From the NCBI GenBank assembly GCA_026025075.1, contig JAPEUI010000006.1, positions 62,001 to 126,000 on the forward strand: a stretch of DNA of 64,000 nucleotides, read 5' to 3'. The stretch comes from Vezdaea acicularis. Its lineage: Eukaryota. The notes below the pieces were generated by a model that was given only the letters and a program-made list of their open reading frames with translations, searched no databases and was not told the origin of the DNA. Positions 33,729 through 47,800 of this stretch are shown here, piece by piece (the first letter of the stretch is position 1; every line of letters begins with the position of its first letter). The position numbers and the translations under genes are program-made.

Positions 33729-35058
33729 TTAGAAGCTCTCCAGTAAGTCGTCAAGCGTGTCTAGATCCACGTCCTCGGGTTTCATGATCGGCTCGTTTTC
33801 CCACGCTCCATCGGGTCGGAGGATTGTTTCTTTGGCCTCTTCCTTAGGGTCCAAATCCATTTCTTCAAACTTGGTCCGTGTTGCGGATGCGGGTGTCTGC
33901 TGCGGCGGCGCATGCTGTGCCTTCAGCGCGGGACTACTCAGCGCATCAGCGCCGATGGCATGACTTTGACCGAAGAGCGCCGCAGCCGCCTCACGATTCC
34001 GTATGGTTTCCACGGCCTCGCTTTCAACAACCTCGTCATCCATATCATCCTCGAAGTCGCCCTCGTCAAGTGGACTGAGCTCCTCCGGCGCTGGCGTGTT
34101 GGCCTGACTGAGAGTTCGTGCTTGCATGGACGATGCGGTTTGGGTGAATTCCTTCTCATCCCCTTCCAGAGGCGGCGAGACGGCACGATGTGGATCGGTC
34201 ACATCGCGATGAGTGGTGTTAGGGCCGTCGAGTGCCAGACTGCTTCGGCCGCTGAAGGAGCCTGCGGGTGTTGGAGGGCCGTCCTCGTCGTCGAGCTCGG
34301 GTGGCGACAAGTCAATCTCAGGACTGGGCGATAAAGCGACGCGCTTCCGCGATTCTTCCTCATCGGAGATCGAAGGCGAGATGATGCTTCGCCGGCTGTT
34401 GAGAGGAGAGGAGCTTTCGGCTTCGGGCAGAGGTTGATGCGGCACGGTGGTCAGGTAGAAGTAGATTCGGCGAGGATGGGTCGGGATGAGTTCTTTCGCC
34501 AGCGGACAGGGACTCAGCGCCGTCCAGTGTCGTTTGAGGTAGGAGTTCAGTCGTGAAGAGATGATCGCCTGAGGGTTCGCGGAGCTGGTTCATGTCAGTC
34601 GAACGATCCATCTTCGAGGCTCGAGCCAAAAGGCGGTGAAGGGGGCGAACTTACTTGTCCACGATGTCCAAGGTCGCGCAGAGCACGGCGGCGAGCTCCT
34701 TGACCAGGTGAGGCTTATTCCCCGTCTTCTCGAGCTGCCGGATGACCCCTATCACGATATCATCGTTGATCCCGTCCGCATCCACCCTACTCTCGACCGT
34801 GGAGGCGCCTGGTGAAGGTGGAGGGGTATTCTCGAGCGCCTGCGCGCTCCTCGGTCGTTCATGTTTTCGTGGCAACGGTGTCGTCGGTGATGGCGAGGTA
34901 TGCATGCGCTTCGCCCTCTTCGAGGGTGGTTGGTCGGCTTTCGTCGCGGAGGGTGGTGAGCGGTTCGCGGCGGCCGCTCGCTCTGCATTTGTCTGAGGCA
35001 GTTGAATGCCCAGGGACGGCAGCGAGAGCGACTTGCGTCGAGTGTTGTAATGCGGCAT
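33729..35058 (-). CDS. GDS1-like winged-helix protein
   Basis: MPHYNTRRKSLSLPSLGIQLP, DGINDDIVIGVIRQLEKTGNKPHLVKEL | SANPQAIISSRLNSYL...ELIPTHPRRIYFYLTT, acidic tail LDDLLESF. One intron. Confidence 0.8.
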
Positions 35059-37767
35059 GGTGAAGGAAGGGCGTGCGTGCGACGTGAAGAGGGTACGGAG
35101 GTTGAGATGGAGTGCTAGTGGAGTAAGGACGGTCCGGTCGCACGAGGTGGAGGCGTGGCAGCAAAAAGGCCGGTAAGCTGAAGTTTGTTGTTTCGCAGCG
35201 AAAGGGTTCTAGGGTGCAAGCTCGGGTGTTTCGATTCGCTGGAATGCGTGGTGACGATCCAAGGGAGCCGAACGGATCTGGCACCAGCCTACCACCAGGA
35301 CGAGATATGCGGGTGGGCCAGTAATGATGCAGTCGTGGGCGGATCGGCCGAAAGGGTTTCCCAAAGACGTCGGAGGGTGTCGCAGCGTTCCAAGTTCAGG
35401 AGGGTGTTTTGCGCGGCGAGGAGGAGTGCAGAGCAACGGCGGCGGCAATGCACGGCATGCCAGACAGCAGACACCGCCTTTCGCACGCCAGGACCAGAGG
35501 GATGGATGGGAGTTTCGTTCACGAGTCCAATCGATCCTTCGCGGGCGCAGGCGAGAAGGATTAGCTGGCCAAGCGGTTGCGGTGGAGGCGTTTGATGGAA
35601 GGGGCGAGATGATGCGGAGAACGCAGGGCGTGAAACGACCGGCCGGATGTTTTGTTTAGAACGCTGCGTCGGTCGCGATGTAGCTGGTTGCGCGATGGGC
35701 AGTGGGAGGTGGAGGTGGAGGTGGGAAAGAGTGACAAGACGGTCGGGAGAAAGGGAGGAGAAAGCGGGTGCAGTTGCAGCGGCCAAGGCAAGGGAAGGGC
35801 ATGGCAGGGCAGGGCCGGGCAGGGCCGGGCAGGGGGGGAGCGAGGAGTCACGGCGCGATGGCAGAGGCGACCACTGGCACAAAGGGCGAGTGCTGCTTTC
35901 AGGTGCTGGGTAGAGACCGGGGGGGGAAGGAGAGAGAGAGAGGGGGGAGATGAGCCGTGGCCCCAGTCGGGGAAGGTGCGACGCGAACGCAGGCAGGAGC
36001 GACCAGCGGCCTAATTAGCGTGGGCGAGCGCACCCCGGGGCGACAGCGCCCACCGATGATGAAAGGGGTTGCCAAAAGCGAGCCGACGATGCCGACGACA
36101 CCACCGACATTTCGATAAGGCGGGTCCTTTGGAGCCAGATATCGTGGGTCTGGGAAGGCTAACTTTAGCCTTTGGCTCGCGACCCTGAGAAATACACGCG
36201 CGCCCGCAAAAGGCAAAACTTGAACCGTGGCCCCGCGGCGCTGCACCTTCCCCCCCCCTTCCTCTCGTTCGGATATCCACGATTCGTCGGTCGATCACGA
36301 TATGCCCATTGGACCAAGCGACTGTGAGAGAGTAGACCCCGCGATGGCCACGTTCCAATCGATGCGCCGTAAGAAGGGAATACCTCTTCAAGCTACTGTA
36401 CTTGAAACCATTCCATCGCGCTTTCCATACCGAGTCCGGCATCAGCGTACTTTGACATCATCCGGCAACCCCTCCAACTTACATCATCAGCGTCGTCATC
36501 GCAATCTCAACAAAAAACCAACCCCACCAACGAAGCCCTAAAGGGTCCTAAAGGGGGGATGACCGGCGCACAGAGCAACGCGACGAAAAGAAAACGAGCG
36601 GGTCCCCTCATCTGAAGGTGAGGGGCTGCCAAAACACCCCTTCCCCTCCCTTACGCCCTTAGGGTTATCCCATTCCTCACCGCAGTCGGGCGAGGGAAAG
36701 CCCTCCCTTGCATAACCCCTCACGTTTTTCACACCGAACGACCAATAAGAAAATCGCATCCCGCTAAATACCCCTCCGCTGCCGGAATTCGCGCCGATCG
36801 GTGTAAAGCGGCAATGCTCTCGCCATGCGTGCGCTACTTTATCTGAGACAGCTTGACCCTACCCCTATCCCCCCAAACACCGCTCACCCCGGCATCCCAT
36901 GCTTTCGCTTGGCGCCAGCACCGGCCCCAAGGTTTTTCCGATGGAACATGGAATCGAAGGAGGAGGGGAGAATTGGAATTTTAGATTTGCACATGCCAAC
37001 CAGCCAAGGCAGAGCGCGCCTGCGGAAACTCTGTTTGTCACCCCCATCTCCGGATGGCGTGGCACACACACCCCCACCATCCATCCATCCCACTACGTAT
37101 CCCCACTACACGCAACCGTTGTCTTGTTGTCCTCTCCCGTATATAGCCGTCACAACAACACACTCTCGTGTCTCATTTAGGGCGTAACGCTAGGGTTAGG
37201 TTTTGTCATCTTTTTCGTTTGTTTGCCGCCCGCCGTCGTCGCCGTCTCCCCTGAAACCTCTGCTCCTTTGTTTGTGGGTCCCCCAGGATCGACGCGTCAT
37301 ACGAACGCTGGGGCTTTTTTTTAGGCTTGGGTGGAGACTTGGCGGTGGGGCTCTGCGTGCGCGGTGGGCTACTGCTATTGGATACCGCTACTGAACTGCG
37401 CTGCTGCAGCCTTATGGTTCCACGGAGCAGCGTGGTGTTTCTCTCTTGTGGCGGGTTTGCACGCGGTGGGGGCGTGGATGTGTCCGTTTAACCGCCGTGG
37501 GTTGCTGGATGTTGGTTGCCTGGATGAAGGGGTCACGAGGCTACGCGCCTTCTATGCTTGTTGAGAACCTTATAGTGTTGCCTCCCTTACTGGTCTTGTG
37601 GTACCAAACGACGGCCGCCTAGGCCAAAGGTGAAGGTTGTCGTTGTCCGGTGGCGGTCTATTTCTGAGACCTTGACATTCGATTATTAGACTCGACTTTG
37701 CGAGATGACAGTCGCCTCAGTAGAGAGGAGGCACTAGAATTCCAGTAAGTACCCGTCTCCTGGTCCA

Positions 37768-38837
37768 TCAGCTGCCTTGCGGCTCTTCTCCCTTTCCACT
37801 CTCCACCACCTTCCTCGGCCTCAACTCAATCATCCACGTGGTCCCTAGATGGAACCTCTCCATCTTGACAACTTCCAAGCCACTCTCCTCCACAATGCGG
37901 CCAATATCCCTGTTCCACCAGCAGCCCCATCGATACGCGTGGATCTTCGCGAGGTTATCGATGATCTTGTTTGCGAGGCCATAGTGACTCCTACCGTGTT
38001 CCAGAAGGAGTATCTGGCCGTCATCCTTGTTGCATACTTTCTCCAGGTTGTGGAGAAGGCCGACAGGATCGCGCATGCTGCAGAGCCCGAACGTTTGGAA
38101 GATCGTGTCGTAACCATTGCGTGGTACAGAAGTCTCGGGAAGAGGTGCTGAGGCGTCCTGCGTGAGGAACGTAACCGGTTCGAAGGAAGGGTAGAGCTCT
38201 ATTGCTGTCAGCTCATCCTCCACAGATATCGTCTTCATACATACCTTCCCACACTTTTCTCCCCTCCTTCATCATCCCCGAACTACGATCCACCCACGTA
38301 ACACTCTTGATCCCATCCAGCACCTTTGCATAGTATACCGCGTTCCTCCCCGTCCCAGTACTAACCTCCAACACCTCCCCCTGCGCCCTCTCCACCAGCC
38401 TCCTCCTCAGTCTGTTGACTCCCAGAAACGCCTCCATTGTATTGACCTCGCGATCCCACCCGTCCGCCTGCTCGTCGTAGCGCGCTATCAGGTCGTCCGC
38501 CTCTGAGATATTGAGCGTCGCGCTTTCGGCGATAGCCGCGTTGTAAGACTTGTATAGCGAGGCGGTGTAGGTGCCTATTACGAGGGCGAAGATGGCCGTG
38601 CCGCTGTAGTATACGCGTGAGGAGATACGGAAGCGTGGGTGAGGCTTTGGGGGTTGTGCTGAGTTGCGGGGGAGGCGCGGTCTATGGTCTGGTTAGCTGG
38701 CGAATGCACTGTATGGGAGCATGTATGAATGTTCAGGAGTCTTACTTGTAGGGCAAAGGCTTTGCCGCTGCTGCACCTTCCTTTGCGTAGAGCTGCGCTG
38801 TCGTTGAGAAAGCTGAGAGCTGCTGGCGCGCTGGCAT
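37768..38837 (-). CDS. OMS1: Mitochondrial SAM-dependent methyltransferase (Oms1-like)
   Basis: TM segment, VLEVSTGTGRN motif I, YDTIFQTFGLCS, LLEHGRS, RWGCWWNRDI. Two introns reconcile the frames. Confidence 0.85.
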
Positions 38838-39413
38838 TGTGGCCTTGATGGGTTGGGGGCCAGGGAGCTTCAGGCAAGCTTTCAACGGCTTGTATCCAAG
38901 ATGCGCCGGTGTCGCCTCCCTTCCAACCGTAGGGCTATAAGGCTATAAGCTGGTCCGGCATGGCTAAGCCCTCATCGTCTTCACCGTGATTAATGTTGTC
39001 CAGCGTCACGTCCAGAAAGGAATAACTGACTTAGTGTTTTGTCGAGCAGAAAGTCAAGCTTCGTTAAAGAGCTCCAACGCGCATTGGGTTAGGCGAGATC
39101 GCTCCCGCTCCGCCGTTAAATAGTCCAACGTCCATAGCCATTCACGTTTATTAAAATTGATGTATCTAATTCGATCTTTTGCTGGTCATTAAGAGGTTCT
39201 ACTGATTTTAATCGTTTTATTAGATGGTATCCGTAACGTTGAATTTTGACCCGAGAATAACTAATATTCTGAAATTGAAAGAACGCCCACGGAGTTAACG
39301 GCAACCCCTGACAAGCTTCCGAGAATTCACAAATTGCACCCACGATAAGTGCCACAAACATGTTTACAATTTAATTCATGTGCACACTTTCTAGAAATCC
39401 ACATGAAATCTCT

Positions 39414-40872
39414 CTACCTCGCCATCTCATCCATCAACTCCGCCGGCAGCGGCAACCCCCTACTCCCATCCTCCGTCCTAACCTCCCCATCCACCGCACT
39501 CCCTCCCTTCCAGCGCCACAGCTCCCCAAACCCCTCTCGCTCCCTCCCCTCCAACACCTCAACAATCTTTTCCCCCAGCACAGGCAAAAACTTGAACCCA
39601 TGCCCACTGCCGCCTGTCGCCAGGAACAACCCCTCGATGGTCGGATGATGACATATCAAAAAGTCCCCACTAGCCGTATCGCTATACCAGCACAACCTCG
39701 TATGGCAGAACTTCCTCCCCGCCAAACTAGGGACGACCTCCGCAAGGAAACCTCGACACGCGTCCTCCCCCTCCGCCGGAATGCCCTCGTGCGCCAAAGG
39801 GTCTTCTGCAGATGGCGGCAGACTGACCTGGACTAGCTCCCCCTGCCTCTCAGGGTGGGAAATCTCGACCATACGTCGGTACCCAAAGGCATGTCTAGCG
39901 ACTTTGAGCGTCCGGCTTGGCACATGCGGCGGAATGACGAAGAGCCCGGTACTCATGTTGAGACAGACGGGCATGTCTTTCAAGCCCTGCATCTCCTCCT
40001 CTGTGAGATTCACATACGCCAGGACCTGCCCCGTGGCAGTCATTTGGCCGCGTAGATCGACGAGCGAGCCGCTGTGCGCGCCTGCCGCTACGATGACCAA
40101 CTCAGCTTCAAGGGTCGTACCATCAATTAGAAGACAGCCCGTGACTCGCGCCGACGATGTGGGAGCGTAGGTGAGGCGTTTGGCGAGACCGGTATGGGTA
40201 TTAACGCGTGGATTTCCTTCTATTTGGCGTCGAAAATAGGTCAGCGAGGCCGTCGCATCAGCCCAGCCAGCAGACGGATTGGTATAGCCCCAAGACCCCG
40301 TGCTACCGCCACCGCCGGGAATGCAGCTCGCTGTCTTGATCTCCGCCCTCCCCTTTAACTCCCTCACTGCCTTTAAATCCAACTTTTGCCCTGACTGCTT
40401 AGCAAGCTGCTCAGCTTCTAGTTTCCTCACGTTCTCCAGGCTCTCCCGCACGTATCGATCTCTCCCCTCGTCCGCCGTCAGGAGCAGGCCAGACTCATGG
40501 TATCTCCCCTCCGCCCCGAGCGCGGTGCTCCGCCATACATCCTGCGCGCGGCTGGCGAGAAGGCTGTATAGTGGCGAGGAGTAGTCAGCGCGTATGATGC
40601 GGGAGTGGTCGCGGGACGAGATGGGGGTCGTGCTAAAAGGGGGTGAAAGGAGGGTCATTGCCGTATTCGCATAATTAGGGGAGGCGAGGAGGGCGCTAAT
40701 TGTAGATACTGTAGGTGGGGTGAGGTTAGCATATCTATGTTCCTATGGCTGGAGAGCATTTCAGGATGAGGAAGAGCTTGATATTGGGGACGTGGGGTGA
40801 CGCACGACCAAAGACACCAGATCCAACAACCAGGATAGATTTCGGCGGCGCGGGAGTCGAGGAATCAGCCAT
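39414..40872 (-). CDS. FAD-dependent oxidoreductase, sarcosine/L-pipecolate/fructosyl-amino-acid oxidase family
   Basis: ILVVGSGVFG|LST (GxGxxG), SSRDHSRIIRADY, RLCWYSDT, LATGGSGHGFKFLPVLG. Confidence 0.9.
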
Positions 40873-41905
40873 TACTCAGCCAACTAAAGGCTAGGCCCGT
40901 GAATAAGCAAATGAGGCACAGAGATGTTGCGGAAGAAGTCATATTGTAGAACACAATGTGAAGGGAGAAAATGGATGGGGGACGTTGAAGCTCTCTTAGC
41001 GTGTTGAGATGCATGGTTTGGGGACAGATAGCTACAGTAGCTCCCGTCGATAAGCGCACGTGGGTTCACTCACTTGCATGCTTAAGATCCCCACGGTATC
41101 GAATTCCCTTTGCACGGAAGATGATATGCCACCGATTAATGTTGCTTCAGACGCCAATGTCATGCCAATTGTGACGGCAGGGATGCTAGAAGCTAAAAGG
41201 CATATCGGGCTCAGTCGAATGAAACCAGGTCAGGGTGAACAATGATACGTCACAGTCGCAAGAGGGAGCTACTGGTTTTTAGGATAGATGTATTTCAATC
41301 CTTATTTTTCATCTACCTAGCTGCATGCTCTCTCTTCAGGTGCCCTTTCAGGCCCGAGTAGTCACTAGCAGCAATCAATCTCTCTGCCGACCCCTTCCCC
41401 GTCAATTAAAGGAAAAGGCGGCGAGCAATAATACCAGCTCATTGCTGACCGCAATCAGTCTATCTCTCGCCGATAAGCCTTGCTCGAATCCTCAATATGA
41501 GTTTCTCGAGCAAGGTAAGAGCCGAAGCTAAAGCAAAGCAATCTCTCGCCATTCGAAAATGCTACCGTCCCAGGAACACCATGAAAATGCTGATATAGAA
41601 GCAAGCCTTAAAAACTAAAGGAAATGTCGTAATCGAGAACACGCAGGTCTTTTTTTTGGGGCCAGTCATAGGCATGTACTAAATGCGGAAGCCGTTGTGA
41701 CCAACCAATGTGCTTCGTTTTTGGGGTAGACAAGGTGAAGGGTATAGTGTCGTGGATACGTATTATTCGAATGCGCAGGTACAAGTACAGGGTGGGAAGT
41801 TGAAGGTTCTGAGTAGCTTTTGATGGTACATGGGGAGTAAGATGAATCGGTGAAGGGGTGAGAGTGTGATTGATCATTCATGTGCTTCTGACGTTCGTGC
41901 AGTCA

Positions 41906-42901
41906 TCAATTCTTGCGGAAGTCTATAGGAGGTATGGTTAGCCAATGCGGAGTAAAAGTCTAGTAAAATGCATCTTACTGGAGAGCACGGGATAGATCAT
42001 CTCGAAGGCCTGGTAGATTTCTTCCCTCACTTTTGCGCCAGTCAACACGATCTTGCCGCTCACGAAAATCAGTAACACGATCTTTGGTTTGATCATGCGA
42101 TAGATGAGACCAGGGAACAACTCGGGTTCGTAGGAGCTGAAGTTGTGATGGCTAGAGGCGAGACCTTCGAGGCGAATGGGGAATTTGATATCGCAGGACC
42201 CCACAATATTTTGAATCTTGAAGTCAGTGAACTTGGCGTTAAAGCCAAGCTTCTGGATGATTCGTGCGTATTTCCTTGAAGCTAGCCTCGAATCATCCTC
42301 AGACTTCGCACCAGTGACAACCATCTTGCCCGAAGCAAAGATCAAAGCCGTGGTTTTGGGCTCGCGAATCCGCATGATCACGGCGGCGAAACGCTAGAGA
42401 GGTATCGTTTAGCAAACGAAGATGCAGAGCAGTTTAAGCTGGCATCTAAGTACCTTTGGATTGTACTCGGCGTTACGAGCATGAAGAGCGATCGTCTTAA
42501 GATCAAGGCGACAGTCAAGATTGACCGTGGCGACGATGTTTCTTTGAACATGCAAGTTCAGCCTCGTGAATCAATCACGTGGCTTAAGGTAATACTCACT
42601 GCAAAGTCGGGACGATCCCACTGACACCAGACCCAGCCGCAGGCGTAGCAGCAGGAGTGGCGGGCATCACCCCATTGCCTGTATTGGAGGCTTCACTTCC
42701 ATGCTGCTGACCGTTCACTGCACCGTTCTGCTGATTCATTCCGTTCTGTGTGCTACCATCTTTCTCCGAGGGAGGAGTGAGGTTACCAGTGCCTTCAGTG
42801 AAGTGCATGTTCGCAGCGCCACCAGGAAATGAGAGCGAGGAGGGCGACGTGAAAGCCTTGGCTTGTTGCGCAGTCGAAGGATGAGTCGCTAGACTATCCA
42901 T
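41906..42901 (-). CDS. SPT15: TATA-binding protein
   Basis: [16 protein letters not shown]..., [43 protein letters not shown]. Four coding exons. Confidence 0.98.
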
Positions 42902-43677
42902 GATTGTGTGATAAATGTGTGGATGTGAGCGGTTAGCTCAAGACTAAAGGAGATCAATTAAGATTCCAGCAAGTCGTGGTTGACCGGGAGATGATCAGAG
43001 ATGAAGTGAGCGTCTGATGATCTCGAGAGTCAGAAAAGATTCTCAAGATGGTGCAACCGAGAGAAGAGAAAAATATCAACGCAGAAGGGAGTTGACAGAT
43101 GGGAGTGAATGAGTGTAGAGGAGAGACGATGAAGCGAGGGGTGAAGAGTTTTGTAGTTGGCAGAATTGTGTGTTGTGATGATGAAAGGGTTCTGCCGTAC
43201 CGTACTGGTGGGAGAAAACAAGTCAATGTCTCCCCTACGATAGACCACTCAAAGGAACTGGTGCCGGCTCTCTTGAATTCTGGAAGCGCAACGACCGAAT
43301 TTTATATTATTACTATAGCTACTGCGACGGACCAAATCACTTTCAACTGCGATCGATGAGGATCTCCGGAGCGACAGCGGCGAGGGCCTTGTGGAAGGAT
43401 GATGATCCGACTGCTTCGTTCGGCTGTCTTCGCGCTCGCTCGTCCGAAGTCTTCGCTCACGACCCTGGAAACGGAAAAAACCGACTCTCTCGACGACGAG
43501 AGAATGCGGGAGAGAGAGAGAGGAAATGAGGGGGAGAGTGGAGATGGGGATGAGAGAGAGGGGGCGTTTGTTGGCAGTGCTCAGTTCTGGGACGACCTGC
43601 TGCTGCGCAACTCAACAAAAACGCCAAGAGGATCTGGATGGGATTTTTCGCGAGCGCGAGGCGGCGGGGGACTGCCG

Positions 43678-43685
43678 TATTTATA
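43678..43685 (-). promoter_or_regulatory. Candidate TATA box upstream of the TBP gene
   Basis: TATAAATA on the minus strand within a GC-rich tract, followed by a CT-rich leader, about 780 bp upstream of the ATG. Confidence 0.45.
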
Positions 43686-44824
43686 CGCGGCGCCCGTCTG
43701 ACTCACCAGTGGCCACCGCGCCCGTGAGTGGGCCGACCGCCGCCCGTGGGAGCGACTTCCTGCTCGCTTGCCTTGCCGTTTCCGGCGGCTCTGGGCGCTG
43801 CATCCCCGCCGCGACCTCCTATTTCCCTCCCTGCCCATCGCGCCCACCCTCACTCGCGCGATTTACAGATGGACCAGGGTCAGCACAAGGGTGCGCATTC
43901 CGCTAGCCGCTGCACCAGTCCTCTTCTGGCAAGGCGTGACCCTCCGCCGCGCCTTCATTTCGCCAATAGCAAACGCCCCCCCCGGCCGCGACGCGCAATG
44001 TCGGCCACACATGCGAGATGGCTGGGTCGCCGCTGTAAGCCGCCAATGCCAAGACTCCCGCCGCCTGGTCCGACAAACCTCCGAATTTCCAAAATGCGAG
44101 TCCACTTTTCTGCCGTCCGTCACGGCCCAGCCGACCCGCCATATCGTGGATTTTGGATACCGTAAAGAATTGCTTCACCCGAAGTAACATGTCGACTGCG
44201 CACAAAGATGTGGTCTTGTTGCTCTAATTCGTACCAAGGCAGTGACTATCCCTTCCGTACGGGATGCGCTCAGCTGTGCACTTTCCTGATTGTCGTCCAC
44301 GGTTGCTTAGATTGGAACAGGCCACATTTCGCGTGCCATCGCTGGGAACGCTCGCTCGCTACCTCTCGCAAGGCTGAGGCCCCGTGGCCCAATCGCGCTT
44401 TCCCCCACCCCGCCTTGCTCCTCCAACTTTATCCGTCCTTCAGCCTCCTTGAGAATAAACAGTTGTCATAGCTGACTATCGGTCGACCGCGCAAGGCTGA
44501 CCGGTTCAGATGCGATAACGTCTCCGATCGGGTGTGCCCCGCGATGTCTATGGTCAGGTGGGAGTCATGCGACGAGGGATTACCACGTGCGAAGCCATCA
44601 CGCGGGGGAAATCAATACACTAAAGGGCGGTAGGTCACGGTAGAAAATCTACGTGCGAGATCTACTAAACTACGCAAAAGCAAAGCCTCCCCCGCAAGCA
44701 CCAGTCTTGCTCGCACGTCTCCCCCCCCATCATGAAAGAAGCGCCAGCCATCGCTAACCTCACCGGGCTCAGCCTTATGCATTTCCAAAACCACACCTCC
44801 CACACTCTTAGTCGCAGAAGAGCC

Positions 44825-47800
44825 TCATTCTGGGTGCTCGTCTGCGGCCACAGCTTCCGAGGCTTCTGCAGGAGCTTCTTCAGGGTCTGTCGTAGTCTTT
44901 GAGCTGGTCGGTTTGGGTTCAAGCACTTCAGCCGTGCCGGTAGCAGCTGCTTCTACCTTGGAAGTAATTTCGGGGGACTCCTCTGGAACAGATCCAGCGG
45001 CTGGCAATGGGTCGACCATCTTTGGCACATATCCAGTGGCTTTGCTTGGCTCACCGATGCTGTGTTCCAAGCCGGCCTTGTCCTGCGTCTCTTCGCGTGC
45101 TCTGATCTCATCTCGGGCGTGGACCGTTGGATGAGCTGCTTGTGGGGCATCGGGAGCAATTTCATCAGTGCTAATAAGTGCTTCTCCCGCCATATTAGTC
45201 GCAAGAGTTGGCGTCTCATCTTTGGAGGTCTTGGCATCTAGAGCTTGGCCTGTACTCGATGTGTGCGCGGGAGTTGACGTAACGACAGCTCCAGATTCGT
45301 CGATCTCCCAAACCGTAGAAACATCGCTGAGTCCAAGCTCGGAGGCGTCTCCACTTCCCTTAGCGATTTCGGCCACACCCGCAGGAGATGCTGCAGGCTT
45401 TCGCCTTGCTGGTCCGCGGGCGCGCCCCTTTCGTGCATCGCTCAGTGGTGCCCTATCATCTTCTTTCTCCGGCTCTTCAACCTTTTCTTGGGGTTTAGCT
45501 GCCTGAGGACCAAGCTGAAGACGTTTGTCAAGGTCGGACAAGAATCCGGCCTTGAGTGACGCTATTTTCCCTCCCGGGCGAGCTGGAATCGCTGGCTTCG
45601 GCTTCGTAGATGGACTCGCCGCAACTTCGCTCGCACCTGTACCCTTTCCCACACTTCCTACTGAAGCATTTGACCCGCCCGAGACCGTCTTTGCTAGTGC
45701 CTCCAGGTCAGCAGAGTCTCTTGAAGATGATTTCGATGGTCGAGCAGGAACTTGGGGCTTTGGACGATCAGGTATCTGAGGTGCTTTGCGTTCATCTGTT
45801 GGGATTGATACCGGCTCGATCTCCCCAGAATCAGGTGGCGAAGCAGCTCTGTTCTCTTGTGGAGAAATGTCTGTTGGAGAAGCTGGGAGATCTGTGGCTT
45901 GAGCCTTTTGTGCTCGTTGAGGTCGAGGTGGAACTTGAGGTTGAGCTTTGGGTTCATCAATCCCCTTCTTCACGGGTCGAGCAGGTATAGAGGGCTTGTC
46001 CGACTTTTCCAGAATCGCCGCATCCCCAGTTGTTGGCCTCGCTTCGCCAGCAGCCAGACTACTGCTGCCTGCCTTTTCTTGTGCAAGTAGGGCAGTCCCA
46101 GTTGTGGGTCGCTGAGGACTCTTAGTATTGTCCGGCAGGGAATCTCCGAGTGTTGTCTCGAGCCTCAAACTAGTTGGGGTATCCTCCCAGATATCGCGAC
46201 TTGGAAACCGTTGTTTCATTCCCGGTCGGGCATCTGCATCGTCCAGAAGATGAGATTTAAATTTTGGTTTCACATACTGTGCAGGCTCGCGCTTCAAAAA
46301 GCTACCCACATCTGTCTCTGCTGGTTCAGTCTGGCGGAAGGCAGGATCCACGGTCGAAGCTACCTCCTCATCTGCTCCAACCACGGTGAGTTCATCCTCC
46401 TCAGGCTCCGGGGTTGACACTGTAGTTTGTAATCTTGCGCTACTTGGAGCATCCTCCCATATGTCGTGACTGGGGAACTTGCGCTTCGCAAGCTCCGGCC
46501 GTTTCAATCGATCAGCCGCAGTGAGTGGACGCTCCTGAGGCTGAGCCTTTGAACCGCCCTCTTCGTCTTCAGGAAAGAGCGGTTCGTATTCTTCAACGTC
46601 CTCCAATGGGGTATGCATATCTTCTCTTTCTTCGTGAGTGCCAAACCTCGAGAGCGCGAGGGGTGTACCGTGTATGCTCGCTGGACGGCTCGCTGGTTGG
46701 CTTGTAGGGCGACTTCCTGAGCGACTGGACATTCCGCTATAATATGAGCCTGGATAGTCCGATTCTGGAACATAAATGCCGTTTCCGGGTTCCACCCTAG
46801 GGGAGATTGCGGGCTGCATGAACTCTCCACTTTTCGAGATTTCATCTGATGCTAATATGGGAACTCCGTAACCGCGTTCGTCCAGGAAGCCCCCTTCGTC
46901 GCTTGTGTTGCCACCTTGCGGACCTAGATCGACCGTTGACATATCGAGACCCCCACCTACCTTACTTGCACGACGAGAAGGTGGATCAATATGAATGACA
47001 TGTTCATCTTCCACCTCACTCCCAGCGGCATCTTCTGACACCCGTTTTTTAGTTGCGGCGTCTCGTCCTCTTGTAAGCAATTCCGGCGAGATATGGTCAT
47101 CATTCGGTAGACTTGCTTTTCTTAAGGGTGATTCGACGTGAGTCTGGGAGCTGTTTGAGTGTGCTTTATTATTATATCCAGAGACTGGACGTGGCGATGC
47201 CATACGAGCTGTATACTCGTCTGATGCAAGATATCCAATCTGCTCATTCGGAGTTCCCATATGAGCAGGAGAAGTCCCTACAATAGATTATCAGCTCCAA
47301 TTCACCCGTTCTTGCATGCGCATAGCGTACCAAATCCCGCCCCTCTACTTGCAGTATCACGCACTATCTTGTTCAGGTCTTCACTGCTTAGGGCCCATGC
47401 TGCCTTCCCCCCTCCAATACCCGGCCCATATTCTCCTGAATCCTCTTTCACCAGTGCCTCTGGATGCTTATCGTACCAAGCCTTTTCCAGGTTGTTGTGG
47501 GGTCCAAGACCATGCCCGTGGAGACCATAGCTGCCAGGGGGCAAGTGAGCTTCCCTAGCACTCGGAGTTCGACCGTGGTGACGGCTCGCGCGATAGCTTC
47601 CGTCATTGTGGTACCCAACCCCTGAAGCGTACGGGGTGGCAAGTTGAGATGGCGAAGGAGCCTGTACGTCCCCAGCATTCGGGTACATAGGCACGCGCTG
47701 GCCAATTTCGGGAATGCCCGGTTCCGAATCACTTGGCTGTGTGGACGTAGGACGCTCTGTTGAAGCAGAGGAGTAGCTAGCAAAGCTAGTCTTGGATTTT

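Noticed and set aside
36657..37204. TTAGGG-like motifs (also near 30556) as interstitial telomere
   Set aside because: Only one to two imperfect units each, compatible with chance or isolated promoter elements.
35185..37560. Numerous overlapping ORFs upstream of the GDS1-like gene
   Set aside because: Expected from high GC and low complexity; the translations are not protein-like.
38190..38245. Apparent frameshift in the OMS1-like gene
   Set aside because: Explained by a short canonical intron (GTATGT...GCTGAC...TAG).
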